Source: Trichosphaerium sp. ATCC 40318 (taxonomy: Eukaryota > Protista > Tubulinea). Taken from it: a stretch of 64,000 bases of DNA. The notes beneath the pieces were generated by a model. It was not told the origin of the DNA. It searched no databases and saw nothing but the letters and a program-made list of their open reading frames with translations. The stretch covers positions 443,095 to 507,094 of the forward strand of contig JALMLS010000579.1 of NCBI GenBank assembly GCA_038496445.1, in the 5' to 3' direction. The stretch's first letter is position 1; every line of letters starts with the position of its first letter. Of the stretch, positions 38,701-50,797 are shown piece by piece. Position numbers and translations under genes: made by a program.

Positions 38701-41421
38701 TGATTTTCTTCTTGCTTTTTTATCTGTCCTCTTTGCTGATTTTCTTCGAGCTGATTTACGCCTTTTAATTCGCTTCGGTGTTGAAACTGTTACATCACTT
38801 ACTGTACTTTCTCCCTAAGTAATAAATTCAGCGAAAGGTACCCAAAAAATGCTACAACAAAGAGTTGAATGCAACTGTTTTTTCGACTAACCTCTATTTC
38901 TGTGCGTTCTGCCACCTGCGGTGATGTAGGAGCTGATATATCATGACCATCGCTCTTCCCTGAACTTGCAGAGAGTTTATCAGAGCTATAATCAATGTGT
39001 TAATAGCTATAGAATCAGATAAGATAAACATACCTTGTGCTTCTTGAACTAAGGTTGGAATTGCTCTTTTCTATTTTTTTGGGAGGAGTTTTCTCCTCTG
39101 GTTTCTCTGCTTTTTTTACTGGTTTCTCTGGAGTAAATCTCTTGAATCTATCTTTGATATCATGAGCAAGATCAATAACAGGTGCTGCTAAGTCCTTTGG
39201 GGATGTTCGGTGTCTAAAGAAAGAATGTCTTGAAGACTTTTGTTTTCCCAAATGTTGCAAGTCTTCAATCAAATCGTCAATATTTCCGACTTGTAACTCC
39301 TCTTTAGAATCTTTTCTTGTTGCTCCTTTATTCCTTGCTATTATATCTATAAAATACAAGTATTAAATAAATGTCAACGAAGGAGGATAACAAGAAAAAT
39401 ACCATCAATGAGATTTTGCATTTCGTCCAAAGTGTCATCTGATTCTTCTTCTTCCACTTGATCGCCATCTCCTTCACCACTTATAAAAATCTTTAGTAAA
39501 ACTTCTTGTTGTTTATCGTTCACCTTTCGCTTTCTTCATCATTAAAGTACGCATCAAATTGAGACTCTTCACTCTCGTCAATCGGGAAAAACAAGTTTTG
39601 ACTGGCAACTGAAATACTATCTACATAAAAAGTCACTTTTTACTTCCATCCTTTAGTCAGCATACCCTTGACTTCTTCGTCCCCATCCTCAATATTGTCG
39701 AGTATGTGTTGCAGTACTTCTGCAGCACCATGTACTTTGAGAAGTTTTCTACTGAAGGCTGGAGAACAAAAAAGTTACAAACACAACTCCTTACCAATAA
39801 AATTTTGTCACGCACAGTCGAAGCAAATATTAATCACGAATCTAAGACTGTGGGTCCTAAGTTCAATGTCTCGTGATTTACATAAAGCGAGTATGGGTTC
39901 TACCCATCCAAAATGACGTATAGCAATACGTATTGTTTCTAAAGGAGAAGATCAACAAATGTTACTTTTTTACAAACCGAAAAAAACAGCCCTCGATTCG
40001 TTTGACTAGACGGCGTACCATTGATTGATACATTCGCCAAGAACATTACAGCACCTTGTTGGAGCTTGTTTGATTCAGAAGAGAGTAAATCAATAACAGG
40101 AATGAAGGCACCAGACCGAAGAATAGGAATTTCGTTTGCATCTGATAAATGTACAATAAGAAGAAAAAGTTCACTTCAAACAATTACTAAAAAACGCACC
40201 ACAAACAGATAAATTAATAAGCGTCTTCAGAGCCAAAGAACTAATCAAAACGCATAAGTACAAGATCAGACAGATTTCACGTGTTACCTTGCTTTATCCT
40301 CTCGTTGGTCAAATAAGCTTACTATATAAGGCAAAGCACCTTTTTCAACGACTGCTTTTCTGAGCTCGTCTGTATGAATCGATGAGAAAAAAATAGAAAT
40401 TCTACTCTTATACCTAATCCAGATCCAAGCAAATAAATGATATTCATCGCTGTCTTTTTAAGCACTTCATCAGAAGACCGTAGTAACTTAACAAGAGCCT
40501 CTGTATTCTAGTAAATAAAGTAAATTGATACTTAATTTCTTACCAAGAGCTCCTGGAATCAAGAATACAATATGAGTGCGTCCTGTATCAATTTAGTTCA
40601 ACGTAATCAATAGGGCAAGTTTTTCTTACTTTGATGTAATAAATTGCTAAGAGGTTTTAATGTTCCTCTCTTAACCTTATCTCCATCCACGTGAATTAAA
40701 AGCTGAACAAGTACTTTTGGTATCTTTCTATTAATCATATCTGCGCGACCTTCTTTAGTCAATGACAAGTTCGTCAACGCCCTGAAAAGAAAGTTATTAG
40801 CAACAGCTGTAGGAAGGAATATCACGTGCCATAGACTCTTTTCTAAAACGTCATCAGGACTTGAAGAGCTTAATATAGCAGGAAAATTTTCTAAAACACC
40901 AGCTTCTGCAAATTTATGAGAGACGCCAGGGAATCTTCCCATATTTGAAACAAGCCAACACTACAACACGAGTTGTTGTCAAGATATAAGCTTTTTACAA
41001 AAATAGTTTTGTGAATATCTTACCGTTAACATCACTACAACCTAAATACATGAATAAGTAATAAATCACGTGTTTTGCTTGCGAAAAAATTCAACGCGAC
41101 AAAAGTTTTGGTTGAAAAAAAGATAACTCACTGGATTCTGGTGGTATGTCAGTTTTACGAGCGCTTCGACGCTATTTGGCGCCTCCATTATCGTTTCCAC
41201 ATACGGTTCTGTAATTTATTAGTTAAATTCGCATTAAACGCACGCGCAGCTATGGTACGATCACGTGCTCTATGATTTAATTTGGGGCTTTTTCAGTTTC
41301 TAAACGTACGATGTAATGTGGCGTTAATAAGACCGCGAAGGGCCTCTTCCAAAGTATCAGAGTCATCAGTTTGAAGATTACTCAGAGCGCGTAATATCTC
41401 ATGCTTAGTTTTATGTGCCAT
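35722..41421 (-). CDS. Armadillo-repeat RhoGEF (ARM-DH-PH), architecture like Dictyostelium GxcC
   Basis: N-terminal ARM exons (ALTNLSLTKEGRADMI, GALPYIVSL), a Lys/Pro-rich linker, DH (EMLQSEQFY, IFSHLDVIHAIHQQFLKSIEE, LLKYTPRHHTDYPMVSKAL) and PH (YVFVYLLSDLIVIC, EERDNWVHQI). Confidence 0.85.
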
Positions 41422-41777
41422 GAACACGTGATATAAGGCGCCAAAACAAGTATGAGTAAAAAATTCTGGCAAAAAAGCGTACGTAACTTAACATGTCAGT
41501 TCTGTGACTTGTACGTCAAGCTCAGATTTAACGTAAACACTGCAGCTAAATATAGCTAGCTCAAAGTCATTATTCACGTTTTGTTTACAATATAGATAAA
41601 GCTTGGAGCTATTCATAGAGAATCTCTTTTCACTTAGACGCGACATTGGTTGGAGTATCAATAGTTAGTGTTTGTGTAAGGCTAGAATGCTACCCATGTG
41701 CCAAGTATACGGAACTTACTCAGTTCAAAAAAAGTGTAACAAATGTTAAAAAGAGCCTTTATTGCAAATAACACTAT

Positions 41778-44169
41778 TTATGGAGCAATTTCATTGACTA
41801 CATTAGTGAATATCCATTGCCGATCATTAGTCTTAGACGATGACTTTAATCCTAAAACAACAGCCCTACAAGTATTAGTCAGTAGACATGTCAATACGCA
41901 GCTAATAGCAAACCGAAATAAGAAAATAAACAAAAATATACTTACTGTCCATCGGATCCACCACTACCACCGTCAATAGAGAACGTTTGGTCACTCTTCT
42001 TCTCTATACGGAACCTACTGCCACCAGTGTGTACTTTAATCCATTGTTGGTTTTGGTTGTTTGCGCCGCAGGGCCACAATATAACATTTTGATTCCTTGC
42101 TCCTCCATCAAGACAAAAGTTGGTGTCCCTCTTTTGAAATGAAAAGAATCCTCCTGGGCGACTTATCTGTATCCAGTGTTGGTTGATGTTGGATGCATTG
42201 TAAGTATACAATCTCAGTCCTCTTCTAAGGGCTCCACCATCACCGCCATCTAATGCATAACGCATGCTGTTTGCCTTTCGGAGAGTAAAGGTGTTTTGTA
42301 CAGGCCTGGTTATTCCTGTTAAGCAAGCTGCGTTTTGAAGAATATCACATCCTTCAGCTTGACTGGCACGTGAGAAACGGTAGTATTTTGCATCACTTAT
42401 TAAATAAAATATTAGAAAGTGCTATTACTTTTTGCATAGCTTACTCCACACCGGGGTCCCCTGCAAGCATGATACCGTCAGTATCGTGGGCACAACCGAC
42501 AATGTGTCCAAATTCGTGACCAATCACTCTGTTTCTTCTGAAGGTATTACTTTGCCACTGTGATTCTCCAGAGCTATTCTATTATGTTGTTAAATAGAAC
42601 ACTATTGTTCAAGATAGTTACCCTAGCGCCACAGACTTCTCCCACATACGCTGATCCAAGAATAGTTTGGCCGCTTTCAACACGTTCACAATCATGAAGC
42701 AAGAATCCTGCAGCTTCACCAGGGCGGTCACTCAACTTCCAATCTGCGAAATGTTCAATCAGATCAAATCCACCAGCGCAATCGTTGGATGTTACATCCC
42801 AGTTGTCTCCAGCTACTTTTAGGATGTTAGAAACTACCACAAATTAATGATTTTATCTGGTGCCTGCAGTCTGTCTAATGATGAGTTCATCAATTACAAT
42901 TCTCACATTCTAGTACAAATTTAGCACGAGAATCCTACAGAAAACAAAACACTTACAAAATCAGTTTCAAAGAACCTATTAACAATATGGAGTGCTATTA
43001 AAGTGTCAGTACTCTTTATCTTATTAAAACAGTGTACCTATTGCGACATAGTTGGTAGCAGTATTAACGTTACTTCCAACTCTAGCATAGAAACCTGCAT
43101 TCAATGCAAAAACCTTTGTGCACGTGTTAGTTGTTTACATCGTACAAAGCATACCGTGTGTAATTCTCTAAGATTCTGAGGACACGGTATTGGTGGTGGG
43201 TTGAAAGGTAGAGTATTACCTGTGGCGAATTGTTCTGTAGATCTTTTGGAATGCATAAGAAGAGGAAGATAATGAGGATACAAAAAGAAGTACCTTTTGC
43301 TAGATCTGCGTCTGCTATCACTATGTAAGGTTCTATTTCCACTTTCATGTTTACCACGGCAAGCACCACAACCCCATGGTTGGTTAATTGTGCGGTTTTC
43401 CCTATAATAGTCAGTTGTAGAACAGATTGGCTACAAACGTACCTGAACATGACATGCGCAGCATCATCTAGTTTCGATGTATGACGGTCACTCAAGAACC
43501 TCTTGTGGCTAAGGCTGGTTAGTAAAAAAATCACAGGGTCCAAAGCTAAAATCACGTGTTCGAGGATTAACCAAAAACATCAAGACTTTGAAAACAATAC
43601 GCACTGAACTACAGGCTCTATTGCAACTTCTCTATCGTTTATGATGAATGATCCGGATATTGTACCATCATCATGAGCTATAAAACGCAAGTCATAGTGG
43701 TTCTCACCAACAGCTTTGTAGCTGTTTGTGGGCGCAGGAAGATAAGTTTTGTTACCACCATTCTCAACTACAATCTATGTGGTATCAGTAGCGCACTAGG
43801 CAATGTAGTTGAAACGCACATGAGCACCGGCAGAAAAGGGAGAATCTTTGATACAAGAGAATACAAGTTTGGTTCCGTCAGCTTTGTTGATTGTTAAAAC
43901 ATGGTGTTCATCACCAGAATCACGTTTTATTGGCTGACTAAAGTCCACTATTTTGTAGCAATTAGAGTTCGAAAAAAGAGCTAGTTGAAAAAAAACACGT
44001 TATCAGTTTAAACCAGAAAGTTGACTTGCCCTGAGATACAGCCTCGAAATCGTATATATCGTCCCAGAACGTTTTGTCAAGGCAAGATACAGCCGTAGCT
44101 AGTAATACTAAACAGAGTTATATGTTGCAATCGAAAATCTATCATACCAAGTGCTATTAGCTTCCACAT
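41778..44169 (-). CDS. Secreted M12B/reprolysin-type zinc metalloprotease with a C-terminal ricin-B lectin domain
   Basis: Signal MWKLIAL...; ILGSAYVGEVC; HEFGHIVGCAHD plus Met-turn GIM; QxW repeats NQHW, NQQW and DRQW. Confidence 0.88.
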
Positions 44170-44805
44170 CAGAGTTTTGTAGTAAGGTTTGAGTGCTGCT
44201 TCTTACGCTTGTTGTGTTTATAGTTATGTTATAAGTCATAGATCTCATATTTATTGCGCTATACAACATAGCGGAACTTCTGTTAGTTCACATTGCAAAG
44301 AATAAAAACCAACTTTAAGATAAAACAGTACCCCAAAAGTTTGGAATACCTGAGTTAGCTTGTAGCGTGTGGGTACCTGAATATAACTTTTGGCTCAGAA
44401 AACCAACACAACTATTCTTACAACGTAATTTCTTTATGTTGGCAATGCGGTATTTACAGTATTACCTCACAGACGCAGCCAAAGCACTAAGACAAATATA
44501 GCATGTGAAATAAAAAACTGAGTCTAATATGGAATATAGGTTAAAGAGTACGTGATAAAATAGGTGTAATTGCCTGTATCCTGTTATAATGATTTGGGGT
44601 TTTTGAATCACAACCTCGTGATAAGAAAATAACAAAGAGAAATAAAATAGTTTAGGGGTGGAACTACTTTTAGTAAAAAAGACTCACATTTTATTATTGT
44701 TTTCCACAACTTTGATTTACTATAAAAATACTCATGTTACAGGCTAAATTCATAAGCTGTAAACCACGTGATATAAAAGGTAACATGGAAGATATTCAGT
44801 TAATA

Positions 44806-45013
44806 ATCCGAGGCTCAACGGGCTACGTGAGAATCCGAGATCCATAGATTGTAACATCAAGTCATAAAACAAAACGCTACCAGTATTTATCCTTTATTTA
44901 GCTACCTACATTTTATAGATCTACTGGTTCACCAAATGAGTAGATTGTAATATCAACTCATAAATAGCTTGAAAATTATCCGAGACTAATCGGGCTCCGT
45001 GAGAGTTCGAGAT
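44806..45013 (+). repeat. Two interleaved direct-repeat modules in A-B...B-A order
   Basis: A is 36 bp at 44806-44841 and 44978-45013 (30/36 identical). B is tagattgtaa(c/t)atcaa(g/c)tcataaa at 44845 and 44941. Confidence 0.75.
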
Positions 45014-45247
45014 TTTACTCGAATATAAAATTAAACCCCTAGATCATTTATTGTTTGACTATTTTCTATTTTTGCCTCAAAAAAACACGTAACAATTTTT
45101 AAACAGGTTCCTGTAATAGAGTAATGGCTAGTAGGTTAGCCTAAGAATATTCTAATTTATTAAGATACAGGCTGAGTAAAGTACAGTACATGCTTTCCAC
45201 GTGGAACAGCTTGTAAAGTGACAAAAGCAGCTAATAAAAATCAAATG

Positions 45248-46360
45248 CCATATTTTTAGACAAGTACGTGGTAGATAAATGCTTTATTGTTCAGGACATC
45301 GCTCTAAAAGAAGTATAAGAACTTGAGCTGATTTACACTTGCATTCTATGTCATAGCCTATAGACCTGCTCATTCCATACATTTAACTAGACTAATTAAT
45401 AGTTGGCAACAATCTTGCCAGCAGGTTTAATCCAATAGATTTCATTTGTTTTAGTACCACCCAACATGCTATGTGGGAAAGGTACTTTGTAGTCAACAAC
45501 CTTAGCCAAACGTTCCATGTGATCTATTCATAGTAAAAATCACGTGTTAGTTCCGAAGTCTTCTCTCAAAAAGAGATAAAAACGTTACCTTTAGTGAGTC
45601 TGAATTTACTCTCCAAAGCACCAATGTTATCCTTCAAATGACGAACTTTTGAAATACCAACAAGAGCAGATGTGATACCACGTTGTTGAAGTGCCCAGTT
45701 CAATGAAACTTGAGAAGGAGTACATCCAAGTTCTTTTGAGATTTTGACAAGTTCATCAGCAATGTCGTAGTCCTTTTCACTCATTTGAACCATTCTTTGA
45801 CCTTCTCCTGCCTTTGCGATACCTTAGTACATTTTTCTTTGACTATTGCAAAGACATACCTCTTGTCCACGCAAAAATCTTCCAGTAAACTTTCCTCCAC
45901 CAAGAACTGCCCATGGTACTCCACCAAGACCCATTTGGAGGGACATTGGTATTACATCAGCTTCGAAATCTCTATCACCAACGTTGTAGCGGCCTTGATA
46001 GGCGATAAACTTGCTAACAGAAAATCAAAACATCGTAAACAGAAGACTGGTTTAAACTGTATATAAACACTCAAGAGCACACGTACGTCCATCCATATTT
46101 ATCAGCGATTGCTTGAGCATAAGAAACAACCCAAGTTGGTGTATCAGAGATTGCAATATATCGAACTTTACCAGAGCGAACCTACATTGAAAGTTTGTTA
46201 ACAACATACAACAATTCAACAAATTTCTATTTGTATCTAATTTTGTATTATTTATTTCTATATGTACACATATGGGATTACACCACACCTATTGAAGAAG
46301 TGATGCGTGGTTTGGATACTTTGGTAAGTAATAAAATAATATAAAATTAGATAGAAATTT
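45248..46360 (-). pseudogene. Inverted partial duplication of the 3' half of the aldo-keto reductase gene, introns retained
   Basis: 45248-46256 is the reverse complement of about 34258-35272 (same 75-aa ORF in the track). 46258-46360 copies about 34186-34287 in direct orientation. The 5' exons are absent. Confidence 0.93.
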
Positions 46361-46378
46361 TTTATTAAAAGTACACAT

Positions 46379-46402
46379 ACGAATTCGTCATGACGAATTC
46401 GT
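46379..46402. repeat. Perfect 24-bp palindrome ACGAATTCGTCATGACGAATTCGT
   Basis: Identical to its own reverse complement; about 20 bp from the duplication breakpoint. Confidence 0.9.
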
Positions 46403-46586
46403 GACAGTAAACTCTACTTTGAGAGCAGTCAATTAACCTAATGAAACATCCATGCAAGCTCATAGAGGCAGCACTCCATGTTAACTGTGTTGCACCGTAA
46501 GAAATCCCAAAAATCTAAGTGGTTTTCAATGCTTCACATAATAGTAAATATCTAAGACAATCCAGCAACAACAGCAACAGCACCAA

Positions 46587-48991
46587 ATGCTTCTCTCAAG
46601 ATTGTTACTCATTCTTGGTACTTTAACGCTCTTTGACGCACTTGCAACACCTTTCGATCTAAACTCGGATAAATGCGATTACTACATCACTCCAACAGGC
46701 AATGATACTCTAGTACGCATAGATATTGTGTTTTAATACTAATGAACGATGTAATAGAACAACGGAACTAAATCATCTCCATATCAAACGTTGATGGGTG
46801 TAACGAACGCCACAGATGATATTTGCCGAAATGCATCAGAAATATGTAGAGTATGCTTCACAGGTACGATGATATCAGCTTTTAAACCCTTTTATTACAC
46901 TCGTGGTTGTGTCGGGGAAAGATCACAAGATAATGCGTAAAACCACCCGTCAATAAAAAGACCAGACGCAAAGGGGTTGTTTGTTCACTGAATTGTTCTG
47001 ACACAGAAACATACTTATTTGAAATCTAATGCAAAACCGATAGGTGGCGCCTACCCACCCGTTACAGGACCGCAATACTGGAACTCTTCAGCTCGAGGAG
47101 AATTGAATGTATTACATTATGATTGGGATAATGTTACACGTTTAGACCAACTTGTAATGAAACGTGTTTCGTACGTTATTTTTTCAAAATGTGTTGTTTG
47201 TTGTTTGTGTGCGAAAACCTAATTCTTGGTAGTACCTTGAAGGTCAACCTCATGCTGCTGCCAACTTCATTGGTTTTTCTGCTGGAGTAGTTGTTAGAAA
47301 TGCCGATATTACATTTTACGAATGGGACTTTAATGAACACCGTCAATGTAATGCTACTTCTTCTTTTTTTCTTCTTTGTTCCCTCCCATCTATTGACCAT
47401 TATCTTCAGTGGAAGCCGGCTTTGCAGTAAATACTACAATTACTTTAACGAACTGTACATTGAATGGTGACGCTGTGAATAATAATAGACTTAAGTCTTT
47501 TTCTATTGAAAGGTCCACGTGGACAAATCCACAACAAGTACAAGGTACAAGTAATGTATTAATTAAAAACACGATTACTAACTTTTGTTGAAGGAACAAG
47601 TTTAACCCTAGATAGCAATGTATTTCATTTTGAACATAATCAAACATTTGAAGTAGTCCTGGCAACATTGAGCTTGACAGTACATGGAAATAATTTCATC
47701 AATTGTAGCCCTGGAACAAAAACGGTAACCTTCAACTAGTCCTTTTTTATCTCAACTGACTAACGCTATCTTTTCAGGCATGCCTTACAATTGATAATGC
47801 TGACGAAATCTTTGAATGGAAATTTACGGATAATACCTTTATCGGTGAAAGGTCCTTTTATTGACTTTCAATATTATTCTCCCGATAATAAGTCAACAAT
47901 CCAAGTATCTAGTAACGCCTTTGGACCTTCAGTATGTTTTGAGACATTGAAACCTTCTTTTCTATTAAAGATTTAGATACCAACTTAGTTCTTAGGAAAG
48001 TACAGTGCTTATACGTTCTTCACAATTGGATGCTACTATTGACACCAAATTGTTTAAAATCTATGATAACACCATTGCCTCAAAACGTAAGATTCGATTC
48101 ACTGACAGTTTTTTTTTCTATCCTTATTGACTGTTCTTTTAGCACGTTGCGCATTAGGATCTGTTTCATACAAGAGTCTCTTTACATGTGAGAACTGTAC
48201 TTCAGGTACTTATTCCAATTCTACAACAGAGACATGTTTGATTTGTGACCCTGGAACAATGAGTCATGCAGGAGCTGGTAAGTGTACTCCTTGTCCTCCA
48301 TGAGAACATCAGGATAAAGCGTATGAAATACCAAACCAGTACAACAAACTGACTTTACCACAAGTGGACAGGGTTTTTGTGTTCCATGTGGGATTAATAT
48401 GTACTCCTCTAAGGATGGAGCAGTAAATTGTACCAAGTGTTCAGCTGGGTCAATCGTTAATACTAAGTCAGATGGATGTAATATGGTACGAAACAATAAT
48501 GCAAACCTCAAACACTTGTACTCATAAATTCAGCAAGTTGTTTTTTTTTTTCGTATTTTTCCACCCAACTTAATATTTTTTTATAGTGCCCAGCTGGACA
48601 GTACGAACTTGTTGGAAAATGCTTCGATTGTGCTGTATTTTCATCAAAGGAAGGTTCTACATCTTGTAAAATACGTACGCTTGCTCTTCTTTTTTGCTAT
48701 GTGTTAGTGTGTTGAATTCACATTTGTGTCACGTGATTTTGTATTTACTTGTTTATTTGTAGTTCCTATTTGGATGTATGTTCTTATTGGTGTATGTGGT
48801 TTGCTTTTATTAGTTGGTATCAGTACGTGAAGTCTTTTTTTTTGCATTTGCTGTTCTTTTTCATACTGCTATTCTCGTTTTTCATTTATTGCTTGTTCAT
48901 TTTGCCTTATCTTCTTTTAGTTATTGCTATTACTGCTATTGCTTTGTTTGCATCCAAAAAAAAGAAGAGATCAGACTATACTACTGTTTAG
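46587..48991 (+). CDS. Type I membrane glycoprotein: beta-helix-like ectodomain, Cys-rich GCC2/3-like repeats, TM helix, YxxV tail
   Basis: Signal MLLSRLLLILGTLTLFDALA; YYITPTGND..NGTKSSPYQT; CDPGTMS, CGINMYS, CSAGSIV and CPAGQY repeats; tail KKKKRSDYTTV*. Confidence 0.75.
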
Positions 48992-49266
48992 AGTTGACTC
49001 AGGATAGATCCTGAAATAAACTAATTAAACCTGATTAAGAACCCTTAAAAATTGCGTTTTTGACTTAAAACAGTTTACGACTTCATACCGAAACAGTGTT
49101 AATAGGGCCCGTCACAAAAAACTGTATCGTTAACACCTCTAGTCTTACAACAAGTGTGCTTATGGCTGCCATAGGAGTAGATGAGGTCAGCTTTCCTTCA
49201 ACATTTCTTTATTGTAACGTTACAACATACATCTACTTATCATATTTCGCCTCATGGGTGGCAACA

Positions 49267-49992
49267 TCAATGCTCGCTGAGACACGGAATATCACAATTT
49301 CCATGGTTTGTAATAATAGTACTTGATTCACCTTCACTGCTACCGTCAATAACCCGAGCTGGGCCGTTCCAACAAAAATAGTATGAATTATGGATACGAA
49401 CTTCAGAAAACCTCCAACGGTCGTTACCAATAATCTTTACTTCGACACCATATAATCCTCTATGAGGCTCCTGCACTGGTTGATTTCTCAAGTAAAAAAA
49501 ATCACGTGCGCCGACGATAAAATCGTCTTTGTGTGGGTTGTCGATGTTATCACTCCAAGCCGAATTGGATCCATCGTTGTATACGTATCGGTATCTGATA
49601 GGCGAGTCTGAACCGTCACTAGCACCGCTCTCTGTTTGAGTTACAATGAAGGTATCTCCGGTATGTTCTTTGTCATGTTCCTGAGGTCTAATCTTCCTAT
49701 ACAGATCTCCTCTAGTGTCAGTCACCCTCAAATTGCAACTATACTTTAAAAACACATCACAACTACTTCCTCCGTAGCTCCTAAAGAAGCCACAAAGATG
49801 AAGCTCATCGCATATTTTTTGGCACTCTTCTTTAGAAGCAGATGTTGTAAAAAAACACCCTCCTGGATTACTGGAGCAAGGAAAGCACGTGTAATATGAC
49901 CCAATTTTATAACTATAGAAGGCGTTTGTCGCATGGGAGTGCGATAAGTAGATACCAACGAAAATTGAGAATAGTATAGTTGAGACTGTCAT
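49267..49992 (-). CDS. Intronless secreted protein with a PAN/apple-like Cys domain and a PLAT/LH2 domain
   Basis: Signal peptide; EECQKICDELHLCGFF; DGSDSPI...IDNPHKDDFIVGARDFF...GNDRWRFSEVRI PLAT signature. Confidence 0.7.
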   Translation of the reverse strand: MTVSTILFSIFVGIYLSHSHATNAFYSYKIGSYYTCFPCSSNPGGCFFTTSASKEECQKICDELHLCGFFRSYGGSSCDVFLKYSCNLRVTDTRGDLYRKIRPQEHDKEHTGDTFIVTQTESGASDGSDSPIRYRYVYNDGSNSAWSDNIDNPHKDDFIVGARDFFYLRNQPVQEPHRGLYGVEVKIIGNDRWRFSEVRIHNSYYFCWNGPARVIDGSSEGESSTIITNHGNCDIPCLSEH

Positions 49993-50341
49993 CAGAGCTC
50001 TTAGTGCTTTTATGCTTTATGAACTTGCTTCTTTGTAATTTTGGACCGATGTTGAATAATTGGAGTAATTATTTGTGATTTTACCGATTCTTTTCTCTTT
50101 CCTGAATTAAACCGTAGTCTTTATGTAACAAAAAACATGTAATACTGCGGTACATCACGTCATGTTGTCTTATATTTTTCTTTGATTGAACACATTTCCA
50201 GTTTTCAGTTTTTAAATAACTCCGTTTGTGTAGCTATGCTTGGGAGCCACAAAACACCGTGTCTTTCTTCCCAGGTGTATTCCTTATAATGACGCTATAC
50301 TTGTTAACAAAGTTGTGACTCTAGGTTATCAAAAAAAAGCT

Positions 50342-50448
50342 ACATCACCGCCAACAACATCACCTCCTATAACGTCACCGCCCACAACATAGCTTCCTAC
50401 CCTTGTCTCCAACAACAATACCTCCAACAACATCGCTTCCTACAACGC
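50342..50448 (+). repeat. Degenerate 15-bp tandem repeat encoding TSPPT-like units (decayed mucin-like stalk)
   Basis: acatcaccgccaaca / acatcacctcctata / acgtcaccgcccaca / acatagcttcctacc ..., with a stop and a frameshift. Confidence 0.65.
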
Positions 50449-50797
50449 CTTTTTGCTCCTTCCCAACAAAAATGTGTTTGGCTATTCGAAAGGGTTTTCA
50501 CATAATGCCTTGTTGATGCTATGAGTTCTGGTTAGAGTGCCCTATAGCTGTAACATTTGATCAAAAGGCTCCGGGACTTGATAAAATTTTACTCAATGTT
50601 GCTAACATAAGCTCATGTGATGACTTTATTATAATACACAGCTATTCTACATCACAAGAGCACTTAACCAAAAATTCAATTCTGTACACAACATGCATTT
50701 TGAAATCACCTTTAATACAAGAGTAGCATATACTCACGTTAATGAACTTCGCTACACAAGTATAATGATAAACAATCTTTCATTTTAATAAAAGACG

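Noticed and set aside
44806-45013. tRNA gene suggested by GTTCGA
   Set aside because: No cloverleaf can be formed and the A/B-box spacing is too short.
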